This document shows, one piece after another, positions 10,177-20,774 of a DNA stretch of 64,000 bases. Origin of the DNA: Alphaproteobacteria bacterium (GTDB taxonomy: Bacteria > Pseudomonadota > Alphaproteobacteria > MPNO01); the NCBI GenBank assembly GCA_965248835.1, contig CBDFLJ010000001.1:736001-800000 (forward strand), given 5' to 3'. Each line of letters opens with the position of its first letter. The stretch's first letter is position 1. A program made the translations under genes and the position numbers. The notes below the pieces were generated by a model, which did not search any database, was not told the origin of the DNA, and worked only from the letters and a program-made list of their open reading frames with translations.

Positions 10177-11286
10177 ATGCAGGAAGTCGATTACGGTTCC
10201 AGCGCTTATCCGGTGCGCGAGGATCTGGTCGCCGCCCAGCGCGCCGCGTGGCGGCGGCTTGGCGAGCCGGGGGCCTTTCTCGACGGCGCACGCCGGATCG
10301 CGGTCGCCTGCGAGGCGCGCAACGCGCCGTCCTGCGCGCTCTGCCGGCGCCGCAAGGACGCCCTGTCGCCCTTTGCCGTGGACGGCACCCATGACAGCCT
10401 CGGTGTCCTGGACGACACCGAGGTCGATGCCATTCACCGGATCGTCACCGATTCGGGCCGGCTCAGCCGCGAATGGGTCGACGGCCTGTTCGCCGACGGG
10501 CTGGACGACCGGGAATATATCGAGATCGTGAGCGTGATCTGCGTCGTGATGGTCAGCGATGCTTTTCGGCGCGCGCTCGACCTGCCGCCGTTCGGCTTGC
10601 CGGAGCCGGTCGTCGGCGCGCCGTCGGGCTACAGCGCTCCGGGCGCCAAGGACCATGACGGATGGATTCGCCTGGTCGTGCCCGAGGACGTCGTCCCCGG
10701 CGACGGCAAGCTCTATGGCGGAACCATGGTCGCGCCTGTCGTCAAGGCGCTGTCCCTGGTCCCCGATGCCAAGCGCCACTATTGGGAGATGGCCGAGACG
10801 CTGTATCTGCCCGGCGAACAGATGCCCAACTTCGCAACCGAAGTCCGCGCGATCGACCGCATGCAGATGGAGATCATCGCCACGAGAGTTTCAGCCCTCC
10901 ACCAATGCGTGTACTGAACCAGCTCCCATGCATTCATGCTCCGTGCGAGCATTCAACATTCCGGGACCGAGTTCGATTTGCACACCGCGATGGGCGCGAG
11001 TCGGGGCGACGGCGGCATCAGGAGCGGTCAGCACCTCGCCGACTTCGCCGAGGCGATCACCTTGCAGGACCGCGACCGCGTGGCCGCGCTGCGCGAGACG
11101 CTGGCGCACGAGCTTGGCGTTGCGGCCATGATCGATGCGGCGGCCGTAGCCTCGGCCTTCCACGGCTTCGTGCGGGTGGCCGATTCGACGGGCGCTCCGC
11201 CGGCCGGCGCATCGGGCGGCAAGGTGACCATGGAATTTCGTGAGTCGCTTGGGATCAACGACTTCTACGGCGCGGCCCACCACTAG
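10177..11286 (+). CDS. AhpD/alkylhydroperoxidase-related selenoprotein (CxxU; Sec247 at TGA 10915-10917), 369 aa
   Basis: ORFs 10177-10917 and 10936-11286 are in the same frame separated only by TGA; readthrough gives the AhpD motif [24 protein letters not shown]; SECIS-like hairpin downstream. Confidence 0.85.
10936..10952 (+). promoter_or_regulatory. Candidate bacterial SECIS element
   Basis: ATGCTC-CGTGC-GAGCAT 6-bp stem; GU in the apical loop, which starts 24 nt after the UGA. Confidence 0.7.
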
Positions 11287-11287
11287 G

Positions 11288-12403
11288 GTGGCCGACGGCA
11301 CGGCCGCGCGCACGCAAATCCGCGACCGTGCGCTTGCCCAGGGATTCGACGCGGTCGGATTCGCCGAGGCGGGGGCGCCGGAGACCGCCCGGCGCGACCT
11401 CGCCGCGTTCATCGCCAAGGGCTATCACGGTGACATGGGCTGGCTCGCAACGACTGCGGAGCGGCGCTGCGATCCGAAGGTCCTGTGGCCGCAGGCGCGC
11501 AGCGCCGTCGTGCTCGGGCTGAACTACGGCCCGGCCGGCGATCCGCTGGCCGCCCTCGCCCGGCCGGCGCACGGTGCAGTGTCGGTCTATGCCCAGGGGC
11601 GCGACTACCACGACGTGGTCGGCAAGCGGCTGCGCGCGCTCGCGCGCTGGATCCACGACCGCTTCGACTGCGAGGTCAAGCTGTTCGTCGACACCGCGCC
11701 GGTGATGGAGAAACCGCTCGCCCAGCGCGCCGGGCTGGGCTGGCAAGGCAAGCACACCAACCTGGTCTCGCGCGGCCACGGCTCCTGGCTGTTCCTGGGT
11801 GAAATCCTGACCACGCTGGCACTCGCCCCCGACGCCGCGGAGGACGATCACTGCGGCGTCTGCCGCCGGTGCCTGGACGTCTGCCCGACCGATGCGTTCC
11901 CCGCGCCCTACCGGCTCGATGCGCGGCGCTGCGTTTCGTATCTCACCATCGAGCACAAGGGACACATCGGGGTTGAATTCCGCACCGCGATCGGCAACCG
12001 GATTTATGGCTGCGACGACTGCCTGGCGGTCTGCCCGTGGAACAAGTTCGCGCGACGGGCCGCGGTGCCGGACTTGCAGCCGCGGATCGAGCTTGCCGCG
12101 CCGCGCCTGGCCGAGCTTGCCGGGCTCGACGATGCCGGCTTCCGTCGGGTGTTTTCGGGGTCGGCCATCAAGCGGCTCGGCCGTGACCGGTTCGTGCGCA
12201 ACGTGCTGATCGCGATCGGCAATTCGGGCGATGCGGCGCTCGCGCCCTGTGCCGAGCGCCTGCTGGGCGATGCCTCGCCCCTGGTCCGGGCGATGGCGGT
12301 CTGGGCGTTGTCGCGCTTGCTGCCGCCGGCTGCTTTCGACGGTCTGCGCGCGCGCTGCCTTGCCGGCGAATCCGATCCGGAAGTCCGCCGTGAGTGGTGC
12401 TAG
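11288..12403 (+). CDS. queG: Epoxyqueuosine reductase
   Basis: [54 protein letters not shown]. Confidence 0.96.
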   Translation: MADGTAARTQIRDRALAQGFDAVGFAEAGAPETARRDLAAFIAKGYHGDMGWLATTAERRCDPKVLWPQARSAVVLGLNYGPAGDPLAALARPAHGAVSVYAQGRDYHDVVGKRLRALARWIHDRFDCEVKLFVDTAPVMEKPLAQRAGLGWQGKHTNLVSRGHGSWLFLGEILTTLALAPDAAEDDHCGVCRRCLDVCPTDAFPAPYRLDARRCVSYLTIEHKGHIGVEFRTAIGNRIYGCDDCLAVCPWNKFARRAAVPDLQPRIELAAPRLAELAGLDDAGFRRVFSGSAIKRLGRDRFVRNVLIAIGNSGDAALAPCAERLLGDASPLVRAMAVWALSRLLPPAAFDGLRARCLAGESDPEVRREWC

Positions 12404-12413
12404 GGTGGCGGCC

Positions 12414-13412
12414 ATGTCGAGCTTAGGGAAGACGATCGACCGGCGGCTGTCGGTGGCGCCGATGATGGACCGGACCGACCGGCACGAGCGCTATCTGCTG
12501 CGGCTGATCGCAAGGCCGGTGCTGCTCTATACCGAGATGATTCCGACCGCTGCGATCCTGCGCGGCGACCGCCGGCGCTTTCTCGATTTCGATCCTTCCG
12601 AGCACCCCGTCGCGCTCCAGATCGGCGGCAGCGAGCCGGAAGCGCTCGGCGAATGCTGCCGGATCGCCGAGGACTGGGGCTATGACGAGGTGAACCTCAA
12701 TCTCGGCTGCCCGAGCGAGCGGGTGAGCCAGGCGCGCTTCGGCGCCTGCCTGATGGCCGAACCGGACCTGGTCGCACGCTGCACCGCGGCGATGCGCCGG
12801 GCCACCGCGCTTCCGGTCACGGTCAAGACGCGGATCGGCATCGACGAGACCGACGATTACCAACACCTGGCCCGGTTCGTGACAACCGTCGCCGCCAGCG
12901 GGATCGAGGTGTTCGTCGTCCACGCCCGCAAGGCGGTCCTGTCCGGTCTCAGCCCGAAGGAGAACCGGGAGGTCCCGCCGCTGCGCTACGATCTGGTCCA
13001 CCGGCTGAAGGTCGACAAGGCGGGTCTGACGGTGATCATCAACGGCGGCTTCCGCACCGCCCGGGCTGCACTCGAACAGCTCGGCCCGACCGACGGCGTC
13101 ATGCTCGGCCGGGCGGCCTATGAGAACCCCTATATCCTGGCCGAAATCGCACCGGTGTTGTGGCCGGACGCCCGGCCCCGGCCGCGCGAATCGGTGATCG
13201 AGGCCTACGCCGAGTATGTCGGTTGCCGGCTCGCCGAAGGCGTGCCGCTGTGGCGCATGACCCGCCATCTCTTGGGCCTCTACCAGGGCGTGCCCGGCGC
13301 GCGCGCCTGGCGCCGCGCGCTCGCCGACGGCGCGCACCGCCCCGGCGCCGGACCGGGCCTGATCCGTCAGGCCGCCCGGCTGATCACAGAGGCGGACCGC
13401 ATCGCCGCGTGA
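12414..13412 (+). CDS. dusA: tRNA-dihydrouridine synthase A
   Basis: SVAPMMD.TDRH, NLNLGCPS.RV, VHARKA.L.GLSPKENR, GVMLGRAAY. Confidence 0.95.
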   Translation: MSSLGKTIDRRLSVAPMMDRTDRHERYLLRLIARPVLLYTEMIPTAAILRGDRRRFLDFDPSEHPVALQIGGSEPEALGECCRIAEDWGYDEVNLNLGCPSERVSQARFGACLMAEPDLVARCTAAMRRATALPVTVKTRIGIDETDDYQHLARFVTTVAASGIEVFVVHARKAVLSGLSPKENREVPPLRYDLVHRLKVDKAGLTVIINGGFRTARAALEQLGPTDGVMLGRAAYENPYILAEIAPVLWPDARPRPRESVIEAYAEYVGCRLAEGVPLWRMTRHLLGLYQGVPGARAWRRALADGAHRPGAGPGLIRQAARLITEADRIAA

Positions 13413-13434
13413 GCCGGCGCCGGATTGATTTGGC

Positions 13435-14715
13435 TCAGGGCGCGGACGGTTCCAGCGGGCGGTCGTAGAGGTCCTCGAGCGCGACGCGCCAGTCGCGGTC
13501 GTTGTCGAGGACGCGCTCGATGGCGCGGATACGGTAGTAGGTCGGGCGCACCGCCGGCGGGTCCTCGGTCAGGGCCTTGAGGTGGCGCAGCAGGATGCGC
13601 CTGGTCGCGATCACCGCAGCATCGGTGGTCCCCAGATGCTCCCTCGTGCGGTCGACGATCGGGCCCATGCTCTCCTGGACCGCATGGTCCTGGTTGTTGA
13701 TGCCGTCGATCCCGCTATAGGTCTCGCGCCGCTGCACGGTGCGGTCGATCATCCAGTCGACATCGCGGTTGCGCACCTTGCGGTGGTTGTCGCCGATCTC
13801 GCCCAGCGCGCGGCCGCGGCTCCACTCCAGCGCCTCGCGCTCCCGGTCTGCCAGCGCATCGGACCCGTACTTGGCGATCCAGTTGTAGACCATGGTGTTC
13901 TGGTCATCCATCGGCACGAACATGTGGCCGTTGATGATCGGCTGCAGGGTCTCCCCGTCATTGCCGAGCTCGAAGGGGAAGAAGGTGTGGCACGGCATCA
14001 CCCAGTGATAGACCTTCACCCACTTCCGGTCCGTGCCGAACGGCCGAATCGAGGCGTAGACGTGGCCGTAATCGGTCACCTCGACCTCATCGCGCAACGG
14101 CACGGGCACGGTCCACAGCCCGCTCAACCCGGCGCGCCCGGTCTCCGGCGTCAGCGTCGTGTGCAGCGTGGAGGCGTGCATGCTGTCGATGCCGCCCTCG
14201 AGCGCCTGAAGCCAGTTGCATTCCTGCCATGTCCTGGTGACCACCCGCTGGTCGGCGCGCAGCCGGGTCCACTCGAACAGCGGCGGGGCCGGCGGCTCGC
14301 CTTCGCCGAGATAGGCCCAGACCACGCCGCCGTGCTCGACGGTGCGGTAGGCGGCAAGCCGGATGCGCTGCTTGAAGTCGCTCTGTCGCGTCTCGGTCGG
14401 CATGTCGATGCAGCGCCCGTCGACATCGAACTTCCAGCCGTGATAGACGCAGCGCAGCCCGCTGTCCTCGTTGCGGCCGAGAAACAGCGACACCCCGCGA
14501 TGCGGGCAGAACTCTTCGACCAGCCCGACCCGGCCGCCGCTGTCGCGAAAGGCGACAAGCGACTCGCCCAGCAGCCTGACGCGGACCGGCGCCCCGTCCG
14601 GCTCGGCGATCTCCGATGACAACAGCGCCGGCATCCAGTAGCGGCGCATCAAGGCGCCGAGCGCCGTGCCGGGGCCGACGCGGGTGACCAGCTCGTTGTC
14701 TTCGCGCGACAGCAT
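13435..14715 (-). CDS. Rieske oxygenase, single-subunit phthalate 4,5-dioxygenase/LigXa-like class
   Basis: MLSREDNELVTRVGPGT, CPHRG...CVYHGWKF, CNWLQALEG.ID..H...LH, QD.AVQESMG. Confidence 0.9.
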   Translation of the reverse strand: MLSREDNELVTRVGPGTALGALMRRYWMPALLSSEIAEPDGAPVRVRLLGESLVAFRDSGGRVGLVEEFCPHRGVSLFLGRNEDSGLRCVYHGWKFDVDGRCIDMPTETRQSDFKQRIRLAAYRTVEHGGVVWAYLGEGEPPAPPLFEWTRLRADQRVVTRTWQECNWLQALEGGIDSMHASTLHTTLTPETGRAGLSGLWTVPVPLRDEVEVTDYGHVYASIRPFGTDRKWVKVYHWVMPCHTFFPFELGNDGETLQPIINGHMFVPMDDQNTMVYNWIAKYGSDALADREREALEWSRGRALGEIGDNHRKVRNRDVDWMIDRTVQRRETYSGIDGINNQDHAVQESMGPIVDRTREHLGTTDAAVIATRRILLRHLKALTEDPPAVRPTYYRIRAIERVLDNDRDWRVALEDLYDRPLEPSAP

Positions 14716-14729
14716 GCCGGTCCGTCCGC

Positions 14730-15488
14730 TCAGTGTGCTTCCATCAGCCGGCCGAAGCCAGGCATCCGGTCGGCGATGTCGTTCTGGCGCAAGGCGTACC
14801 AGTAGGTCGCGGTCATCACCGCGATCACCGGCTTTGCGAGCCAGCGCTCGGCCTCGGCCGCGACATAGGCCATCGGCAGGTTGGCGCCGAACTGCACGAT
14901 CGCATCGACATCGGGGCCGTCGACCTTGCGGACCGCCTCGCGCAGGGCGTCCTCGGAGATGTGGGCGATGTTGACCGGGCTGTCGCAGGCCAGGCACTCG
15001 GTACGCACCAGCTCGAACCCGGTCTCCTCGGCAAACGCCTCCAGATGGCCTATGGCGACGGGGTAGTAGGGACACACGATCGCGATCCGCCTGATCTCCT
15101 CGCCGAAGGCTCGCAGTGCCGCGGGCAGGGCGTCCGCGGCCTGGGTGACGCCGATATCGGTCTCCGCGCGGTCCTTGATCCGCCGCTCGATCTTGCGGGC
15201 CGGCTCGAGCCCGCCGCCCCAGATGCTCTCGGCCGAGATGCCGAGGATCAGATGGTCCGGCCGGCAGGTCATCACCCGGTCGATCGATTCCTCCAGGGCC
15301 GCGTCGATCCGCCGGATCAGCTCGTCGAAATCCGCATCCGAGCCGATCGGATCGTCGGGGATATGCATGCGCGAGATGTGGTTGGTCACTCCCTTGGGCG
15401 CCATCGCGTCGTAATGCGGCTGGACGATCGTGTTGGTGGACGGGGTGACGACCCCGAATTTCATTCGCCAAGCCCAGGCGTCGACCAT
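14730..15488 (-). CDS. Maleate cis-trans isomerase / arylmalonate decarboxylase (Asp/Glu racemase) family
   Basis: FGVVTPSTNT, CPY, DAIVQFGANL, KPVIAV. Confidence 0.85.
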   Translation of the reverse strand: MVDAWAWRMKFGVVTPSTNTIVQPHYDAMAPKGVTNHISRMHIPDDPIGSDADFDELIRRIDAALEESIDRVMTCRPDHLILGISAESIWGGGLEPARKIERRIKDRAETDIGVTQAADALPAALRAFGEEIRRIAIVCPYYPVAIGHLEAFAEETGFELVRTECLACDSPVNIAHISEDALREAVRKVDGPDVDAIVQFGANLPMAYVAAEAERWLAKPVIAVMTATYWYALRQNDIADRMPGFGRLMEAH

Positions 15489-15511
15489 TGTCGTGTCCCC
15501 TTTTCTGGTGG

Positions 15512-17104
15512 TCAGTCCGGACGAAGCCGGTAGCGTTGGATCTTGCCGGTCGCGGTCTTCGGCAGGTCGTCAACGATCTCGATCCAGCGCGGATACTTGA
15601 ACGGCGCCAAGCGCCCGCGCACGAAGGCGACGAGATCGTCGGCGATCGCTTCCCGGGCGGCGCCTGCGTCCTTGAGCACCACATAGGCCTTGGGCTTTAT
15701 CAGCCCGGCCTCGTCGGGCCAACCGACGACGGCGGCCTCCAGCACCGCGGGATGGGCGGCGAGCGCGGACTCGACCTCGAACGGGGCGACCCAGATGCCG
15801 CCCACCTTGAGCATGTCGTCCTCGCGTCCGCAGAAGAAGTAGTAACCGTCCTCGTCGCGGTAGCAGGTATCGCCGGTGAAGAACCAGCCGTCGCGCATCG
15901 CGCGCGCGGTCCGCTCGGGCTTGTTCCAGTAGCAGGTGGTGATGCTCTCGCCCTTGATCACGAATTCGCCGGCCTCGCCGTCGGCAAGCTCGGAGCCGTC
16001 CTCGCCGAGGATGCGGCCCTCGTAGCCCGGCACGATCGGCCCGCAAGAGCCCGGCTTGACGCTTCCCGGACGGTTGGCGGTGTAGAAGTGAAGCGCCTCG
16101 CTGGAGCCGATCGATTCGATGATCTCGCTGCCGGTGCGCGCCAGCCAGCCCTCGTAGACCGGAGCCGGCAGCGGCTCGCCGCCCGAGGCCGACCATCGGA
16201 TGCTGGTCAGATCGGCAGCCCGCCCGGCCTCGAGCGCGGCAAGCTGCATCGCATAGAGCGTGGGGACGCCGAAATAGACCGTCGGCTTGAACGCGGCGAT
16301 GGCATCGAGCGTGTTCTCCGCCGTCGGGCGGTCCTCCAGGTAGACGCAGCGCGCCCCGGTCCACAGCGGAAACGAGACCGCGTTGCCGAGCCCGTAGGCG
16401 AAGAACATCTTCGGCGGGGAGAACAGGACATCGTCCGGGCCGATGCCGGCGACCGCCTCGGCGTAGTAGAGCGCGGTATAGACCTGGTCCTTGTGCTGGT
16501 GGACCGACGCCTTGGGTGCGCCCGTCGAGCCGGAGGAATAGAGCCAGAAGCAGTCGGTCTCTGGTGTCGTCGCGGCCGGTGGGCAGACCGGGTCGGCGGC
16601 CGCCAGGAGGGTGTCGTGCGACAGCCAGCCGGACGGGGCGCCATCGACGCAGATCCGGTGCGCGACCGCCGCGCCCGCCTCGGCCAGGGCGGGCTCGACC
16701 TCCTCGAACATGTCGGCGTGGGCGATCACCGCGCGGGCACCGGAATCGGCCAGCATGTAGGCGTAGTCGGCTGCGCGCAGGAAATAGTTGACCGGGATCG
16801 CCACCGCGCCGATCCGCGCCGCGCCCAGGAAGCCGTCCCAAAATGCCGGTCCGTCCTTGCAGAACAGCATGATGCGCTCGCCCGGGACGATCCCCAACGC
16901 CTTGAGCGCGTTGGCGGCCCGGTTCACCCGCTCGGCCATCTGGGCAAAGCTGAAGGCGGCCCCGGCGGAGACCAGCGCGGTCCTGTCCCCGCGTCCCGCG
17001 TCCAGATGCCGGTCGAGGAAGGCGACCGAGACGTTGAACGTCTCGGCGAACCGCACCCCGTAAGGGGTCTTCGTGCGATCGACCTCGACCGTGTGGGGCT
17101 TCAT
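15512..17104 (-). CDS. Benzoate-CoA ligase family protein
   Basis: FWLYSSGSTG.PK, KMFFAYGLGN, IGSSE..H, DDMLKVGGIWV.P.EVE, KTATGKIQR. Confidence 0.9.
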   Translation of the reverse strand: MKPHTVEVDRTKTPYGVRFAETFNVSVAFLDRHLDAGRGDRTALVSAGAAFSFAQMAERVNRAANALKALGIVPGERIMLFCKDGPAFWDGFLGAARIGAVAIPVNYFLRAADYAYMLADSGARAVIAHADMFEEVEPALAEAGAAVAHRICVDGAPSGWLSHDTLLAAADPVCPPAATTPETDCFWLYSSGSTGAPKASVHQHKDQVYTALYYAEAVAGIGPDDVLFSPPKMFFAYGLGNAVSFPLWTGARCVYLEDRPTAENTLDAIAAFKPTVYFGVPTLYAMQLAALEAGRAADLTSIRWSASGGEPLPAPVYEGWLARTGSEIIESIGSSEALHFYTANRPGSVKPGSCGPIVPGYEGRILGEDGSELADGEAGEFVIKGESITTCYWNKPERTARAMRDGWFFTGDTCYRDEDGYYFFCGREDDMLKVGGIWVAPFEVESALAAHPAVLEAAVVGWPDEAGLIKPKAYVVLKDAGAAREAIADDLVAFVRGRLAPFKYPRWIEIVDDLPKTATGKIQRYRLRPD

Positions 17105-17170
17105 GATCCTTGCCTCCCCGGCGACTATAGTAAGCCGTCCGGCCCCGATCCATGCCGAAGGAATGCCGCC

Positions 17171-17536
17171 ATGCACGCCGAGCACAGCGCGACCCAGATC
17201 GCCGCCCACGTCCTGGTCGGGGGCTACTTCCTGATCATGCTGTGGAAGAACCTCAGGCTCTACCGCTGGAATGTCGAGCGCATGGGTGCCAACGGCGTGC
17301 CGTTTCCGGAAGTCGTGCTGCCGGCGGGCTTCGTGGTCCAGTTCGTCGGCGCCGTGCTCGTGCTGATCGACTACCGGGCGGAGACCGGCGCGTCCCTTCT
17401 GCTGGTCTTCACCTTCGTTGCGACCGCGATCTTCCACCGCTACTGGCGCATGGACGATCCGGTACGGCGCAACTACCACATGCTCCTGGGGCTCAACAAT
17501 GTCGGGCTGACGGGCGGTCTGCTGCTGTTGTTCTGA
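17171..17536 (+). CDS. DoxX family membrane protein
   Basis: Four hydrophobic helices, FT..AT.IFHRYW, NVGLTGGLLL. Confidence 0.8.
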   Translation: MHAEHSATQIAAHVLVGGYFLIMLWKNLRLYRWNVERMGANGVPFPEVVLPAGFVVQFVGAVLVLIDYRAETGASLLLVFTFVATAIFHRYWRMDDPVRRNYHMLLGLNNVGLTGGLLLLF

Positions 17537-17607
17537 GAGGATCCGCAAGGCCGTTGACGCCTCTCGGCCCGAGGACAATCATGCGGGCCAGCCTTGAGGG
17601 GGGCCGC

Positions 17608-19947
17608 ATGAGCGACAAGGGGATCGGCGTGAGCGTCCTGCGCAAGGAGGACGGGCGCTTCATGACCGGGCGCGGCAGCTTCGTCGCCGATATCGCCGCG
17701 GCCAACATGGTCAATATCGCCTTCGTGCGCAGCCCTGTCGCCCACGCAAGGATCGTCGGGGTGACCAAGCCCGCCGGTGCCGAGGACCGGGTGCTGACGG
17801 TTGCCGACCTGACCGGCGTCGAGCCGATGCGCGCACCCTCGAAGCTGCCCGGCTACAAGGCCTCCGACTACCCGGCGCTGGCGACCGGCAAGGTGCGGTT
17901 CGTGGGCGAGCCGGTGGTTGCCTGCATCGCCGAGACCCGCGCCGAGGCCGAGGACCTCGCGGAGGCGGTCGAGGTCGCCTACGACGAGCTTCCCCCGGTC
18001 GTCGACATGCTGGAGGCGCGTGCACCGGACGCGCCGCTGGTGCATGAAGCCTGGGGCGACAACGTCGTCCTGGAGACCCGGATCGACGGCGACATGGACG
18101 AGGCGATCGCCGGCGCCGCGCATTCGGTGACCCGCGAAGTCCGGATGAGCCGCCAGGCGATGGTCCCGATGGAGGCCCGCGCGGTGATGGCCCAATGGGA
18201 CCACCGGATGGACCAGCTCGTGGTTTACACCTCCACCCAGGTACCGCACCTGATCCGCTCGGGGCTGGCGATCTTCCTGGGGCTCGAGCAGCGCCAGGTC
18301 CGGGTCATTGCGCCCGATGTCGGCGGCGGGTTCGGGCTGAAATGCTATGTCCAGCCCGAGGAGCTGGTGGCATCGTGGTGCGCGATCAACATGGGCCGGC
18401 CGGCGCGCTGGATCGAGGACCGGCGCGAGCATCTGATCGCCGATGCCAATTGCCGCGAGCACCACTACAGGATCACCGCGCACGCCGACGAGACCGGCAG
18501 GATCCTGGGGCTGGAGGGCGAAATCACCGTCGATGCCGGCGCGTACTCGATCTACCCCTTCACCAACTGCCTGGAAGCCGCCATGGCCGGCGGCAACCTC
18601 CTGGGGCCATATGCGATCGGCGCCTACCGGGCGAAGACCTACACGATGGCGACCAACAAGCCGCCGCTGGTGCCCTATCGCGGCGTGGCCCGGCCGGGCG
18701 TCGCCTTCGCGATGGAGACCCTGATCGACGCGGTGGCGCGGACCGTCGGGCGCGAGCCGCACGAGGTCCGCATCGACAACATGGTGCCGGCGTCCGCGAT
18801 GCCGTTCACCAACATCGCCCGCAAGACTTTCGACTCCGGCGATTACCCTCAGGCCGTCGGCAGGGTCGCGGACATGATCGATGTCGAAGCCGTCCGCGCG
18901 CGCCAGCGCAAAGGCGAGCCGGACGGGCGGCTGATCGGGCTCGGCTTCGGCAGCTATACCGAGCAGACCGCGCACGGCACTTCGGTGTTCGCGAGCTGGG
19001 GCGTCCAGATGGTCCCGGGCTACGAGCAGGCCGGCGCCAAGCTGACACCGGACGGCGGGCTCGAGCTCAAGGTCGGCGTCCAATCGCACGGCCAGGGGAT
19101 GGAGACCACGCTCGCCCAGATCGCCTGCGAGGTCCTGGGCATCGATCCAGCCAATGTCACGGTCATCCACGGCGATACCGGGCTGACGCCGTATTCGACC
19201 GGCACCTACGCATCGCGCTCGATCGTCATGGCCGGCGGCGCGGTCTCGCGCGCCTGCAAGGTCCTGGCCGGGCGGATGGCGGCGATCGGCGCCCACCTGA
19301 TGCAATGTGCGCGCGAGGAGGTGAACGTCGCCGGCGGCGTCGTGTCGGGGCCGGCCGGCGAGGTGCCGTTCTCCGAAATCGGCCGGGTCTGGTACATGAA
19401 CCCCGAGGAGCTTCCCGGCGATGTCGACATGGGCGGGGTCGAAGCGGTGATGGGCTACCGGCCCGACCCCGACCACGGGACGTTCTCCTATTCGACCCAC
19501 GCCGCGGTGATCGCGCTCGATCCCGATACCGGCGCGGTCGAGGTGCTGGATTACGCCGTCGTCGAGGATTGCGGCACGATGGTCAATCCGATGGTGGTCA
19601 GCGGACAGTGCTATGGCGGCGCCGCGCAGGGCATCGGCACGGCCCTGTTCGAGGAATCGCCGTTCGACGAGGCCGGCCAGCCCTTGGCCTCGACATTCGC
19701 CGACTACCACCTGCCCGGCGCCTCGGAAGTGCCGGCGATCCGCGTCGAGCACATGATCACCCCGTCTCCGCATACCGAATTCGGCCTGAAGGGCGTCGGC
19801 GAGGGCGGCACGATCCCGACGCCGGCGGTGATCGGCAACGCGGTCAACGACGCGCTGCGCGGGTTCGGCGCGGAAGTCAACCAGACGCCGATAACGCCGC
19901 GCCGGGTCCTGGCGGCGATCGCGGCGGCACGAGGAGAGGCGGCATGA
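17608..19947 (+). CDS. Xanthine dehydrogenase/CoxL-family molybdopterin-binding subunit
   Basis: RKEDGRFMTG.G, DVGGGFG.K, active-site loop PYRGVARP, SHGQG.ET, GTYASRS, KGVGEGG. Confidence 0.93.
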   Translation: MSDKGIGVSVLRKEDGRFMTGRGSFVADIAAANMVNIAFVRSPVAHARIVGVTKPAGAEDRVLTVADLTGVEPMRAPSKLPGYKASDYPALATGKVRFVGEPVVACIAETRAEAEDLAEAVEVAYDELPPVVDMLEARAPDAPLVHEAWGDNVVLETRIDGDMDEAIAGAAHSVTREVRMSRQAMVPMEARAVMAQWDHRMDQLVVYTSTQVPHLIRSGLAIFLGLEQRQVRVIAPDVGGGFGLKCYVQPEELVASWCAINMGRPARWIEDRREHLIADANCREHHYRITAHADETGRILGLEGEITVDAGAYSIYPFTNCLEAAMAGGNLLGPYAIGAYRAKTYTMATNKPPLVPYRGVARPGVAFAMETLIDAVARTVGREPHEVRIDNMVPASAMPFTNIARKTFDSGDYPQAVGRVADMIDVEAVRARQRKGEPDGRLIGLGFGSYTEQTAHGTSVFASWGVQMVPGYEQAGAKLTPDGGLELKVGVQSHGQGMETTLAQIACEVLGIDPANVTVIHGDTGLTPYSTGTYASRSIVMAGGAVSRACKVLAGRMAAIGAHLMQCAREEVNVAGGVVSGPAGEVPFSEIGRVWYMNPEELPGDVDMGGVEAVMGYRPDPDHGTFSYSTHAAVIALDPDTGAVEVLDYAVVEDCGTMVNPMVVSGQCYGGAAQGIGTALFEESPFDEAGQPLASTFADYHLPGASEVPAIRVEHMITPSPHTEFGLKGVGEGGTIPTPAVIGNAVNDALRGFGAEVNQTPITPRRVLAAIAAARGEAA

Positions 19948-20774
19948 AACCGGCCAGGTTCGACTACGCGCGGGCGGGCGACGTCGGTGAGGCGGTGCGC
20001 CTGCTGGGCGCGACCGAGGGGTTCAACAAGCCGCTCGGCGGGGGTATGTCGCTCGGCCCGATGATGAACCTGAGGCTCGCACAGCCCGACCTCGTGGTCG
20101 AGGTCCGCGGGATCGAGGCGCTCCAACGCATCGAGGACCGTGGCGAGGCCCTGCTGGTCGGCGCCGGGACGACGCATGCGATGATCGAGGACGGCCGGAT
20201 CCCCGATGTCACCAACGGCATGATGCGCTTCGTCGCCGGCCAGATCGCCTACCGCGCGGTGCGCAACCGGGGCACGATCGGCGGCAGCATCGCTCACGCC
20301 GATCCGGCTGCGGACTGGCCGACGGCGCTGTTATGCCTGGGCGCCGATGCGGTGATCGCCGGACCGGGCGGCGAGCGATCGGTCGCGCTGGCCGATTTCC
20401 AGATCGGCGCCTTCACCGTCGCGCTGGAACCCGAGGAGATCCTCACCGGGCTGGTCGTGCCGAAACTCTCCAACCGGGCGAGATGGGGCTATTACAAGAT
20501 CTGCCGCAAGCCCGGCGAGTTCGCCGATTCGATCGGGGCGGTGGTCTTCGACCCGGCGCGCAGCTTCTGCCGGGTCGTGCTGGGCGCGACCGACGGCGCG
20601 CCGCTCCAGGTCCCCGAACTGGCCGAGCGGATCGCCGGGTCGGGCAGCGGCGAAGTCGAGATCGAGGATGCGAAGCAGGCGTTAGCCGGCCAGGGCGCCG
20701 TCTTTGACGATTACGGCACCCAGATCCACGCCGTCGCGCTCAGCCGGGCAATAAAGGGAGCGTTCGCGTCATGA
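19944..20774 (+). CDS. CoxM-like FAD-binding subunit
   Basis: MKPARFDY, GG.SL.PMMNLRLA.P, VRNRGTIGGS.AHADP. Confidence 0.93.
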   Translation: MKPARFDYARAGDVGEAVRLLGATEGFNKPLGGGMSLGPMMNLRLAQPDLVVEVRGIEALQRIEDRGEALLVGAGTTHAMIEDGRIPDVTNGMMRFVAGQIAYRAVRNRGTIGGSIAHADPAADWPTALLCLGADAVIAGPGGERSVALADFQIGAFTVALEPEEILTGLVVPKLSNRARWGYYKICRKPGEFADSIGAVVFDPARSFCRVVLGATDGAPLQVPELAERIAGSGSGEVEIEDAKQALAGQGAVFDDYGTQIHAVALSRAIKGAFAS

